Shown: positions 1-12,100 of the stretch, piece after piece
How positions within the stretch are numbered: position 1 is the first letter of the stretch
Layout: each line of letters starts with the position of its first letter
Made by a program: the position numbers and the translations under genes
Assembly: GCA_951406725.2 (NCBI GenBank)
Contig: OX597816.1
Span: 74,338,001-74,402,000 of the forward strand
DNA: 64,000 nucleotides
DNA from: Octopus vulgaris
Taxonomy: Eukaryota
Reading direction: 5' to 3'
The notes under the pieces: generated by a model
Databases searched by the model: none
What the model was told of the DNA's origin: nothing
The model's input: only the letters and a program-made list of their open reading frames with translations

Positions 1-189
1 GAAGTTCTATCTCTCCATTTTTCATGTTTATTAATTTTTTCAGTTTTGTTTTGTTTTGTTTTATTAAGGGTTAAACAATTTTTTCAATTGTGGGAGAGGA
101 CCAAAAGTACCGATATTTCTCATAATACAGGGGAGACAACCCAATTTTTTAATGGGGTCCCCCCAAAATAAACAAAATAAAATGTTTAC

Positions 190-312
190 CTTCAAAAGAA
201 TATTCTTCAGCAGAAGGTTGCTTGGCTGCTGAACCAGATAACTGTTGTGGTTGAATAAATTTAGTACGAGTGGGATCAAGGATATCAAGGACACTAATAT
301 CATCACTGAATA
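190..312 (-). CDS. CEP72: CEP72-like coding exon 6 (123 nt); gene continues beyond the left edge
   Basis: gtgttttttag| then (V)FSDDISVLDILDPTRTKFIQPQQLSGSAAKQPSAEEYSFE-G|GTAAAC. Phase is compatible, and DDISVLDI resembles CEP72 DDEAVLNLI. Confidence 0.75.
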
Positions 313-370
313 CTAAAAAACACAAAGAAAGAGAACACGTGAAATACAGTACAATAGAGAATAGACTTTA

Positions 371-986
371 TTTACATTATTTACATTTGACGGATATTTG
401 TCCTCATCTTGTTTGTTGTTAACACAACGTTTCAGCTGATATACCCTCCAGCCTTCATCAGGTGTCTTGGGGAAATTTCGAACTTGGGTTCTTATTCCTA
501 AGGTATTTTTCCATGTTATTATTATTATTCCACTGCCTGGAATCAAACTCAGAATTTGGGGGTTAGTAGCCTGTACTCTTAACCACTATGCCATATGCCT
601 GTGGGCAATTATGGAGTAAATTTTAGGGCTTTTAAATCTAATATTTTCCTAACCTTCCATAATATTAGATTTATAAGCCCATAATTGCCCACAGGCATAT
701 GGCGTAGTGGTTAAGAGCGTGGGGTATTAACTCCAAGATTCCGAGTTCGATTCCAGGCAGTGACCTGAATAATAATACTAATAATAATAATAGTAATAAC
801 AAAAACAACAACATCGAAAAATACCTTAGGAATGTGAACCCAGGTTCAGAATTTCCCCAAGACACCTGATGAAGGCTGGAGGGAATATCAGCCGAACCGT
901 GTTAACAACAAACAAGATAAAGGCAAATAGCTGTCAAATGTAAATAATGTATATAATTCCTCATCTCTTAAATATAGAATTGTATT
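371..986. mobile_element. Palindromic non-autonomous element: each arm has a tRNA-like head, an (AAT/AAC)n linker and a Penelope-type hammerhead tail
   Basis: Arms at about 374-645 and 661-950 are reverse complements. A box TGGCGTAGTGG at 700-710, B box GAGTTCGATTCC at 743-754. CTGATGA...GAA cores in both arms. Confidence 0.8.
421..466 (-). ncRNA. Minimal type-I hammerhead ribozyme motif (Penelope-like)
   Basis: GACAC-CUGAUGA-A-GGCUG-gaggguauau-CAGCU-GAAACGUU-GUGUU. Stem I is GACAC/GUGUU, the core is intact, and stem III is reduced to the palindrome AACGUU. Confidence 0.72.
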
Positions 987-2442
987 AGGGAATAGACTAT
1001 TCTTTCATTTTTTATGGTAATTCTTGTGATTTTATTAATAACATATTTTTACAGGAAGAAAAGAAGGACAGATAAACATTAAAAGTATAAAAGATCAAAT
1101 TATCAGGGAAAAAACAACCCTAACTGTTGCTGCTTGATGTAGAAATCTAGGCAAGTGGGGTCACAATTACCACTGTGATAACAAAGACGAACAATGGTTT
1201 AAATGTTTTGGAGCCATTTATTTTCTGCTCGTATGTAACATCGTGCAGGTGTACCATGTGTATATACAAATGTATGGCAAGTGTACGGTAGAAAAAACTT
1301 TGTCAGGTCATCATTCTATAAGCAACAGAAAATTGGTCAAACCGGTACAAAGCCACGTTTGCAGTAACATAAAATAACCAATGAAGAACATTCAGGGATG
1401 ACAGTGGGTTTTCTGAGATATAGATGGACACAAAAAGGGACCCCCAGCCCTTCTTCTGAAAACTAAACAACTTTGATCCCAGATACAAACTGGAAGTGAC
1501 CCACTTCCGACAAGTTGTGAAAACTAATACAAAATAGTAATACAATAGACTTACTGTTGGCGATAACAAAAACTATGTCATCAAATAAACAGAGAGAAAG
1601 AAAACAGGGTGAAGCTGGTGGGGAAGGGAGTAATAGGTTGTACACCCCTGAACAAATAGCATGTTTAGCCGTGCTTTCCAAACATGATTGCAAAAAGCGT
1701 TATCATGGGGAATGGTCAGTGATACTCACTGAGACAGCCACCCCACCTCATAGGGCTCATTTCTCTGACAGGCCAGTTATCCCGATTTTGCCACTTGCAT
1801 GTTAATTTCACAAGCAGGCTGTTCCGTTGATCGGATCAACTAGGACCCTCATCGTCATAACCAACAGTATACCAGTATACTAATTGAAGGCAAGTGTTCT
1901 AGTAGTTAGTGTGTTGGCTTTGCATTCATGAGGAATGGGTTCAATTCCTAGACTGGGTGACATGTTGTGTCTTTGAGCAAGGTACTTGATTACAGACCAC
2001 TCAGCTGTAAATGAATACCAAGTGACAACTGCAGCACTGTGGGCAGTGAGCCAGCAGGATTAGCACGCCAGTCAAAATACTTGGCTGTATTTTGTCTGTC
2101 TTCACGTTCTGAGTTCAAATTCCACCAAGGTCAACTTTGCGTTTCGTCCTTTCAGGATTGATAAAATATGAACGAGCTGAGTACTGGGGTCAATGTAATT
2201 GACTAAGCCCCCTCCTCCAAACTTGCTGGCCTTGTGCCAAAATTTGAAATCAATATTTAATTAATTGCCAATAGCCAGTTATGTATAATGGAGAGAAATA
2301 ATTAAATGGTAATCACGCGTGCCTAATATCTCTGCAGGAAGCAGTCTGACATGAATTAAATAGCAGCATGAATAAGTATTCAGAATCATGAGGTGTAATT
2401 CGAAGAAAAGTGAGTGAAAGAGATAAGGTGTTCTACCTTTAC

Positions 2443-2586
2443 CACAAACAAGTGATTTTACAAACTGGGCACGGGAGTTACTAACGTCACACTCCGGTTC
2501 TGGTTCTGGTTTCTTCACAAAGTCTTCAGATTCACTGAAATGAAGCTGTGCTGATTGTCGTTCTCGATCACGAATGCAGCGATCAT
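2443..2586 (-). CDS. CEP72: CEP72-like coding exon 5 (144 nt, or 150 nt with the alternative donor ending at 2437)
   Basis: atgcag| then (D)DRCIRDRERQSAQLHFSESEDFVKKPEPEPECDVSNSRAQFVKSLVC, resembling CEP72 DDRPVRASERKASRLHF. The donor is ambiguous between two in-frame GT sites. Confidence 0.85.
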
Positions 2587-2633
2587 CTGCATATATAAAA
2601 AAAATTTTTTTAATAAATAAATAATAATAATAA

Positions 2634-3117
2634 CATTGTTTTGTCTTGGTATAAAAGATGGCCTACAGCAAATATTCTGCTGAATACCACATATTTGCTT
2701 GTCAGTTGTTTGACCTTAACCAGTTGAGCATGTCCCTTAGTAGTTGACGATATGTGCTTCTCTGATCACGAGCAGAAGTAGTGGGAGAGCATCATAGCCA
2801 GGTGTTGAGAGGGATTCTTTGGGGTTTGAATAATACATCTCTGGAAACATAGGTGTATCGTTCAACATCCTTAAACAACCCTTATTCAGGAACCATTTGA
2901 GCAGGATGGGTTACCCGACCTGAAGAAAATTCTAACTGGGCCCCACCTGCAAGGTCATGTGCTGTTTATCTTGATATGAGATCACCATGTCGCGCACATA
3001 TGGTTGTGATGTATGTGCCTAGTGTACCCTTATCAGATGGATAGTCATGATGGGTATACTGGGCTTCGTATATTTTACCCCAGTGTCACTTTGATGGCAT
3101 GCATTGCTCTCTCACTC

Positions 3118-3120
<3 letters not shown>
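2634..3120. repeat. Interspersed repeat inserted in (AAT)n; a partial opposite-orientation copy is at 23901-24198
   Basis: Reverse-complement similarity between the two loci. Confidence 0.75.
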
Positions 3121-3160
<40 letters not shown>

Positions 3161-4508
3161 TTTTCTTTCATTGGCTATAAGGGCCCAAGACATGAAAGAC
3201 AATATAAAAGGACAAGAAAGAACTCACAAACAGGTGTGGGGTTTGCATTGATCAAGGTGAAACACAACATTGAGGATATAACAAAAGGATATAAAAATAG
3301 AAATCAGAAGTATAAATAATTAATAAATATGTGGTTATTTGCCTGGGACTTACAGCTACTTACAGAGTAACAGAAGGAGAAGGAGAGAGAGAGAGAGAGA
3401 GTGACTATCATGAGATGACAGAGGGTAAAAGTTCTTAAAGAGAGAGAACTGTTTCAGAGTTTTGGGGTTTTTTTTTCCTAATCATGAGAAGCCTTTTTCT
3501 TATGAGTAAAAGAGAATATGGTGATTCTGTATTTCCATAAAACCCATTTATTGGATATTCTTGTAGTTTTAGTGGTTGTAGACAGTGCTAGCTTGCCCTT
3601 TTATGAATAAACAGAATCCATAATAGCAGAATAGTTCACTTAGAGTAATTCAGGGAAAAATCCTCACAATAAGCCCAGGATTACTTTGCCATCTCCAAGG
3701 CACAGGAAGTGCCAACTTCCAGTTTCTTCCCTCCTACTTAGAAGAGTTCCATTCAGCCGCACCAGTCTTTCTACTTTTGTTTACCTTTGGATAAACACAT
3801 TAGAAGGCAGCACCTCTTTCTCATTGAATGTCCATGTTCCATGTTGGCATAGTTTGGACAATTCAACAGGATCTGATGGAGTTCAAGGACTGCATCACGC
3901 TGTTCTAGTCTGTTTGGCATGGTTTCTATGGATGGATGCCCTTTCTAACACCAATGGTGATTAGAAGGTTGCACCAGGCTCCAATCCAATCTGGCAAAGT
4001 TTCTACAGCTGGATGCTCTTCCTAACGCCAATCACTCCAAGAGTGTAGTGGGTGCTTTTACGTGCCACCAGCATGAGAGCCAGTCAGGCAGTTCTGGCAA
4101 TGACCAAGCTCAAAAGGTGCTTTTCGCATGCTACCTGCACAGGAGCCAATCTGAAGACACTGGCAATGACCACGCTTGAATGGTGCCACCGGCACAGTCA
4201 TGATAGAAGCACTCAATACACAAGCACTCAATACACTCTGTAAAGTGGTTGGCATTAAGAAAGGCATCCAGCCATAGAAACCAAGCCAAAACATACAAGA
4301 GAGTTCAATGCAGTCTTTTAGCTCACCAGGTCCTGTCAAACCATCCAAAATGGCAGGTTGGCAAGAGAGTAGGGGTAGGTAGGTGGGTAAGTAAGTAAAT
4401 GGATAAGATGGTAGGGTGGTAGATAATTGTAGTAATACATTTGTTCTTTATATGCGTTATTACATCTTTAGAATAATGCTCGGATGGTGCTTGATATTTC
4501 TCATGTTA

Positions 4509-4724
4509 AGGAGTGTTGAAAATTTCCTGACTTTAAGGGTATTGTGAAAGGCCTTGTTGAAGGCCCAACCTTCTGAGTTCTTTTATAGGGCTTAGAAAAA
4601 CTAAAGGGCTGCTGCAATAAGCGTGTGAATCTGAGAGGGGGATATATTGAATAAACTCATAATTAACTGATCCTCCTGTATTTTCTTTTACCTAAAGCCA
4701 GGAATGTTTCAGCACTCCCTCGTA
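4509..4724. mobile_element. Mariner-derived MITE
   Basis: TIR-like ends ggagtgttgaaaatttcctgacttta / taaagccaggaatgtttcagcactccctcgta. The interior resembles a mariner transposase C-terminus (LEKL..C..C...G.YIE*). Confidence 0.7.
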
Positions 4725-4772
4725 TGTATATACATATACCTAGCTACACACTCACACACACATACACACACA

Positions 4773-4808
<36 letters not shown>

Positions 4809-4914
4809 TACACACATATCTAAACATCTAGTTATCAGTTCATATCAACACACAGAGATATACACCTGTGACCATGAAACAAAAGATAAAGTCAGGTGAT
4901 TCAAGGAACCATAC

Positions 4915-5069
4915 CTAGTTTCTGTAAGTTAGGCAGCAGCTGAATGAGATAAAGTCGATAATCTGGATCATTACGTGTCACTGGATTCAGGCGTAAATCT
5001 AATTCCAGCAAGTTCTGGTTCTTCTGTAACACTTTTAGCTCTTCCAAAGAAGCTATATTATTGTAATAT
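4915..5069 (-). CDS. CEP72: CEP72-like coding exon 4 (155 nt), LRR plus LRR cap
   Basis: ctcag|A then YYNNIASLEELKVLQKNQNLLELDLRLNPVTRNDPDYRLYLIQLLPNLQKL-G|GTATGG. Contains the LRRcap motif NPV...DYR...LP.L..LD. Confidence 0.93.
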
Positions 5070-5385
5070 CTGAGATCAGATTTTTAAGGATCAAATTGAA
5101 GTTCTATATCAGCTGATCTGTGCATCTCTCTTCTCACAAACACAGGAATATACATAAGTATGTGTGCGTGTGCGCGTGTCTTTTGTCTTTTACTGGTTTG
5201 TCATTAGACTGCGGCCATGCTGGGGCACCACCTTGAAGAATTTTAGTCGAATGAATTAACCACAACACTTATTTTTTTAAAACTTGGTATTTCTTCTATC
5301 AGACTCTTTTGCCAAACTGCTAAGTTACTGGGATGTAAATACACTAATGCCAGTTGTCAAGCCGTGGTGGGGGGACAAACACAAA

Positions 5386-5624
5386 CAGGGTGGCCCAAAA
5401 GTAGGTTTACAGTTATTCGACTATCTCTTTCGCATTCATATATCAACAGTTCAGATCTTAATTATAAAAAAATATGAAACCATTATTCTATGCTAATATA
5501 GTTAATTAATTTTGTCAAGCTCCCTTTTCAGTGTGTAAGATAGAAATTTAAATGTACTAAAATGTTTTAAAAGAAATTTAAAATGTCTACATGATATCTG
5601 TAAACCTACTTTGGGGCCATCCTG
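5386..5624. mobile_element. Tc1/mariner-type MITE
   Basis: About 27-bp TIRs CAGGGTGGCCCAAAAGTAGGTTTACAG / CTGTAAACCTACTTTGGGGCCATCCTG, followed by TA. Confidence 0.8.
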
Positions 5625-6566
5625 TATATATAAATGTATATATGTATATATATATATGTCATCATCATCATCATCATCATCATTTAACATCTGCCTTCCA
5701 TGATGGTATGGGTTGGAGAGTGTGACTGAGGGCTGGCGAGCCAGAAGGTTGCACCAGTCTCCAATCTGATCTGGCAAAGTTTCTACAGCTGGATGCCCTT
5801 CCTAATGCCAACCACTCCGAGAGTGTAGTGGGTGCTTTTATGTGCCACTGGCACAAAGGCCGGTCAGGCGGTACTGGCATCAGCCACACTCGAATGGTGC
5901 TATTTACGTGCCACCTGCACAGGAGCCAGTCTGGTGGCACTGGTAACGACCACGCTTGAATGGTGCTTTAATGTTCTACTGGCATGGGTACCAATCAAGT
6001 GGTACTGTCATTGGCCAAAACAACAGAATTCTTTCAGTTTCCATCTATCAGATCCACTCACAAGGCTTTGGTTGGCCTAAGGCTATAGTACAAGATACCC
6101 GTCCAAGGTACCATACAGTGAGACTGAATCCAGAATCAAGTGGTTGGGAAGCAAGCTTGTTACCACACAGCCACACCTGAACCTATAAAAAATTACCAGT
6201 AAGGTGTTACAGAGAATCAAACCCTGTACCTATCAAACTCCAGCTGAACACTGCCTGTTTTATATATCACTCTCTAAAATATACCATATCAATTCAGTAA
6301 AGTAACCATGGGTTTACAAATTCAACTGGTGATGTATACCTTAGTGTCTCTTCAAGCACTGGTGTCACAAATAATCAGTGGGCTCATTAAAAAGTAATTA
6401 AGAGCAGTACTGAGATTTTATATATATTGTTGATGAAAGATTTGGCTGTTATGCTGCTGGACATCTGCAACTGAGGAACCCATAGCAGGGTGAAATCAGG
6501 GGATCTGGCAGTTCCAAGGGACTGTAGCAGATTGATTCTCATCAGTCAATGATATAAATACAAGTG

Positions 6567-6734
6567 TTTTTATGCAACATAAGTCCTTACAAGCGATCAT
6601 CTCAAGGTAAATAATGCAATATTCTGTGTATTCTAATACAACCTCCACGTTTTTTATGCAACATAAGTCCTTACAAGCGATCATCTCAAGGTAAATAATG
6701 CAATATTCTGTGTATTCTAATACAACCTCCACGT
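6567..6734. repeat. Perfect 2 x 84-bp tandem duplication
   Basis: 6567-6650 is identical to 6651-6734. It shows as a 28-aa repeat in ORF 6496..6828. Confidence 0.92.
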
Positions 6735-6876
6735 TAAGTTGGAGATCAAGATTACCCATTGAATTATGATTTGGGATCAGTAAATAGTTGAATATGACTT
6801 TTTCTAAAAAGTAACAAATTAATTTCAATGCAGACAGATTATTTTCTATTTTGCATGTATTTCACATAAAGGATAC

Positions 6877-6914
6877 AGATTGAGTTTTTCCAACAGCTTT
6901 AAATGTTCAAGACC
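6877..6914 (-). CDS. CEP72: CEP72-like coding micro-exon 3 (38 nt), followed by a U12-type donor
   Basis: ccttttgttgcag| then GLEHLKLLEKLN(L) |GTATCCTTT. It fills the LRR gap between exons 2 and 4 exactly and in frame. Confidence 0.92.
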
Positions 6915-8246
6915 CTGCAACAAAAGGAATTCAGTGAGTCACAGAACAAGAGGAAAATTTGAAATGTTTAGACTAAAGGAAATTTTAGACCTGAGAGAGC
7001 CTGGTAGAGCGAAGGTATATGATATAATGGTTAGGATGTTGGTCTCATGATCATGAAGTCATAGTTTCAATTCCTGGACTGATTGGTGTGTTGTGTTCTT
7101 GAGCATGTTGCTCCAGTCCACCATCCTTCTCCTCCTCATCATCATCATTTAACATCCGCTTTCCATGTTGGCATGGGTTGGACGGTTTGATTGGGGACCA
7201 GCAAGCTAGAAGGCTCCACCAGACTCCAATCTGTTCTGGCAAGGTTTCTACAGCTGGATGCCCTTCCTAATGCCAATCACTCAGCGAGTGTAATGGGTGC
7301 TTTTTGCACGACACCGGCACAGGGGCTAGTCAGGTGGCATTGGCAATGACCACACTTGAATGGTGCTTTTTACATGCCACCAGCATGGGAGCCAGTCAGG
7401 GGCCACTAGTGTCGACCACGTTTGGATGGTGCTTTTTACATGCCACCGACATGGCGGCCAGTTAGGCAGCACTGGCATCGACCATGCTTGAATGATGCTT
7501 TTTACATGCCACCGGCATGGGAGCTAGTTAGGCAGCATTCCAACAATAGCTGGGAAGTCAACCTTATGAAGGACTAGCATACCGTTCAGAGGAGTGTGTT
7601 GCAATCTCAGTCACTTATATGCTAGTTGAAGCTATGTTGACCTCTAAGCTTATGAACCCTAGGGGTCATGACACTTGACCATTAAGCAAAATAAGCACAT
7701 GCTTAAGGGAAGGGGTTCAGTTCTACTGCATGGCACCTTGGGCAAGTGTCTTCTACCATAGCCTCAGATTGACAAAGCCTTGTGAGTGGATTTGGTAGAC
7801 AGGAACTGAAAAAAGCGTCATGTCTGTGTGTCTGTGTTTGTCCTCCATCAAAGCTTGACTTAACAGTTTGGCAAAAGAGAACAATAGAATAAGTATCAGG
7901 CTTTAAAGAAAGATAATTATTGGGGTCCATTCATTTGACTAAAATTTCTTCAAGGCAGTGCCCCAGTATGGCCACAGTCTAATGACTGAAACAAGTAAAA
8001 TATAACAAAAACTTTTTTATTCTCAACACTTAATCTCAGATCAAACCAAAATCCAAACAGTTACATTTGAAAAGCTTTTATTATGAATCTAATTGTTCCA
8101 GTTAGGTCATCTAATCTAAATACATGATTTAATTAGCTTTGTGGATGAGTCATAAATTGAAATTATATTTTAAAATATAAATATAAGTGATATATAGGTG
8201 TTTCTGTTAAAACAATAAACAGCTTTGCTTTTTATGAAGTACTTAC

Positions 8247-8374
8247 AGAAAGACTTGTGAGAGAATTTCGAGACAAATCCAGCACCTTCAGACGACTGAA
8301 TTTCCTCAAAGACTTTCCAACAGAAGTAATTTTATCCTGGTAGGAACCAGGTAATGACAGAGACTTGACATCTT
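8247..8374 (-). CDS. CEP72: CEP72-like coding exon 2 (128 nt)
   Basis: ctttgcag| then (E)DVKSLSLPGSYQDKITSVGKSLRKFSRLKVLDLSRNSLTSLS |GTAAGT. Matches the CEP72 signature SLSIPGTYQEKITHLG...LDLSRNSL. Confidence 0.93.
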
Positions 8375-9116
8375 CTGCAAAGAATAATTATGAATTAATT
8401 TCCAAATATTTGGAAGAAATTTATTAGAATATAAAAACACAAAATATTTAACCAGTGTTAAATAAAAAACAAAAGTTATTTGGCTATTTCACCTTGGATG
8501 CCACCTTCTCATTTTTTAGTTTTACAGTTATTTTCTCCTATTATGGTATAAATTAATTTGGTTTCATTATCATCATCGTCATTGTTTAACATCTGTTTTC
8601 CATGCTGGCATGGGTTGAACGGTTTGACTGAGGTCTAGAGAGCCAGTGGCTGCACCAGGCTTGAATCTGATCTGGCAGTGTTTCTACAGCTTGATGTCCT
8701 TCCTATTGCCAACCACTCTGAGAGTGTAGTAGGTGCTTTTTACATGCCACTGGTACAGGAGCCAGTCAGGGGGTACTGGCATCGATCACATTCAGATAGT
8801 GCTTTAAGCATTTAAATTGTCAATTCCAGTTGTAGAGAGGTAGATAGGTAGAATCCCAAACATTGGTTTTTGTGAAGATTGTGAGGTTAAGAAGCTCATT
8901 TTGCATCCACATCGTTTCAGGTTCAGTCTCACCGCACAGCACCTTGGGCAAGTATCTTTTGCTATAGTCCCAGGCTAACCAATATTTTGTAAGTGTATTT
9001 AGCAGACAGAATCTGTGTGAAAGACTATCATGTACACACACACACATACACTTATATTTGGTTGAAAATTGAACAAAAACACAAAAAACAATAGGCAGAG
9101 ACAGGTACTCTGTGTA

Positions 9117-9156
<40 letters not shown>

Positions 9157-12100
9157 GGAGAGAGAGAGCTTGTGTGTGTGTGTGTCATCCACTACCACTT
9201 GACAACCAGTGTTGGTGTGTTTATGAACTTAGTGGTTTGACAGAAGAGACTGATAGAATAAGTAACAGGTTTTATGAAGAATAATAAACACTGGGTTTGA
9301 TTCATTCAACTAAACTTCTTTGAAGCAGTGCCCCAGCATGGCTACACACAAATGACTGAAACAAGTTAAAAAAAACATTCAGACCTATTGAAGAATGCAT
9401 CTGCCATCACTTGCTATTTCACTGTTTACATTCCTGGACTTTTATTCATCATGGAAATTCTCAATGCAGGAATAATTCACATTACTTCTCTCAATTGTTT
9501 GTCAATTTTTAGAGAATACCCCATTTAATCAACATTGTAATTATTGTAATTATATTGTTAGTGAGAGAAAGCCTAAAGTTGGTAGAATTGTTAGCACATT
9601 GCACAAAATGGTTAGGCAAAGTCATTGAGTTCCTTTCGAGCATGGGCCACATGGAGGGAAAGTGGCTGAGTTCCTTTCAAGCGTTGGGCTTCACGGCAGC
9701 AATGACTGAGGCCTTTGGCATTATTTTGTGTTTGAGAAGACCCATCAAGCCAAGCAAAATCACAGTCATGGCAAATACCGGTGTCATGCAAATTGGCACC
9801 CATGCCAGTGGCACGTAAATGCACCCCAATGTCATGCAAATGGCACCTGTGCCAGTAACATGTAAAAGTACCCATTACATTCTCAGAGTGGTTGGTGTTA
9901 GGAAGGTCATCCAGCCATAGAAAACCATACCAAATCAGAAAGGCATCTGGTGCAGCCTTCCAGCTTGCCAGCACTGGTAAAACCATCCAACCCATGCCAG
10001 CGTGGACAGCAGACGTTAAATGATGATGATGATGATGATGTATTTCACCAGCTCTTTACATTCTAAGATCAAATTTCAGCAAGATCAACTTTGCATGTCA
10101 TCTTTTAAGGTCAATAAAATAAAGCACCAGATGACCACTGGGGTCAATGTAATCAACTTGCCCCCTCCCCTAAAATTACTGGCTTTGTGCCATATTTTGA
10201 AACAGTTCTTATTATTATCAAGGCAGCAAGCTGACAGAATCCTTAGCGCATCAGACAAAATGCTTAGTGGCATTTATCCGGGCCCTTTATGTTCTGAGTT
10301 CAAACTCTACCAACTTTGCCTTTCATCCTTTCAGGGTCAGTAAAATAAGTAACAGTTAAACACTGGGATTGATGTAATCAACTTACCACTCTCCCCTAAA
10401 ATTGCTGGCCTTGTGCCAAAATCTGAAATCATTATTTACGTGCCACTGGCATGTAAAAAGCACCATTCGAGCGTGGTCAATACCATTGCTAGCTGGTGGC
10501 ACATAAAAAGCACCCATTACACTCACATACTGGTTGGCGTTAGGAAGGGCTTCCAGCTGTAGAAACTTTGCCAGGTCGAATTGAAGCCTGGTGTAGCCTT
10601 CTGGCTTGCCAACCTTCAGTCAAACCGTCCAACCCAATCCAGCATAGAAAGCAGATGTTAAACAATGACGGTGATGATGATGAGCTAGCAGATCTGTGAG
10701 AGTGTTGGATGCAAAGCCAGGTGGAATTTCTTCCAGCTGTTTACATCCAGAGTTCTAATTGGCCAAGGTCAACTTTTCCTTTCATCCTCTTAAATTTGAT
10801 AAATTAAGAATCAATTAAACCCTAGCTTTCATATAACTGACTTTCCCCCACTCACTAGAATTGCTGGCCCCAAAATTTGAAACCATTTGACTGGCTCCCT
10901 TGCCAGTGGCACGTAAAAAGCACCATTGAAGTGTGGTCGATGCCAGTTCTGCCTGACTGGCCCTTGTGCCAGTGGCATGTAAAAAGCACTCACTACACTC
11001 TCAGAGTGGTTGGCATTAGGAAGGGCATCCAGCTGTAGAAACATTGCCAGATCAGATTGGAGCCTGGTGCAGCCTCCTGGCTTGCCATTCCCCAGTCAAA
11101 CCGTCCAATCCATGCCAACATGGAAAACGGATGCTAAACGATGATGATGAGGATGAGAAGGACAGTGAATTTTAGAATTACTGTGTTGAGGCAATGAATT
11201 GGTACAATTTCTTGGACATCAGACCAGACAATAGCGAATTGGTAGAATTTATAAAGTACCAGAAAAAATGGCAGTGGATTGGCAGAATGGGTAGAGCATC
11301 AGACAAAATATCTGTGTTTAGCTCTTTCACTTTACATTCTGATTTTATATCTTACCATGGTCAAAACTGTCTTCCTCCTCCTCCTCCTCCCCCCTGCTTC
11401 TTCATCATCATCATCATCATCATCACCACCACCACCATCTAATGTTTATTTTCCATGCTGGCATGGATTGGATGGCTTGACAGGAACTGGCCAGCTGGGA
11501 GGGCTGCACCAGGCTCCAGCTGTCTGTTCTGGCAAAGTTTCTACAGTTGGATGCCCTTCCTAATGCAAACCACTTTACAGAGTGTAATGAGTGCTTTTTA
11601 CATGGCGTCAGCACACCAATAAAGTATTAGTAAAGAACTGGATGTCCATCTTAAACATCCTCTCCCCGAAACTTAACATATCATGTCTATGATTGACCCA
11701 ACTGGTTTCAGTATTTTCTATCCCTTCATCAGGGATTGGTCATTCATTTTCCTAACAACAGAGACTAGTAGACCTCCCTTCTGTATAGGCTTTATTTCGG
11801 GGTCAATGAAATAAGTACCAGCTGAACACTAGGATCAATGTAATTGACTTACTCCCTCCCCCAAAATCACTGGCCTTGGGCCAAAATTTCGAACTGAGTG
11901 TTATTGTACAATTGTTTGATTTAAGATATGGTAATAAAATATGATTGCATTTTTTATGTACATAGGTGAAATACCATTATATAAATTGTGTTCGTCATTG
12001 GGTACATGTCATGTATTGTCATTTAATAAGTCACTTCAAATATTCATCATCATCATCATCATTTAACATTTTTGATCCATGCTGGCATGATTGGACAGTT

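Larger units (their letters stand above)
5070..6876 (-). other. U12-type (minor spliceosome) GT-AG intron
   Basis: 5' splice site GTATCCTTT (6876-6868). Branch-point box TCCTTAA (5090-5084) about 14 nt from the CAG acceptor. No polypyrimidine tract. Confidence 0.88.

Noticed and set aside
694-765. tRNA gene
   Set aside because: A and B boxes are present, but there is no paired acceptor stem and it is embedded in a repeat. It is a SINE-like head.
1140-1569. ORF 1303..1569 and the donor-like GTAAGT near 1554 as an extra CEP72 exon
   Set aside because: Exons 5 and 6 already join in frame and there is no CEP72 similarity. Short inverted repeats (aagtggggtcac / gtgacccactt) suggest an old DNA transposon remnant, too degraded to call.
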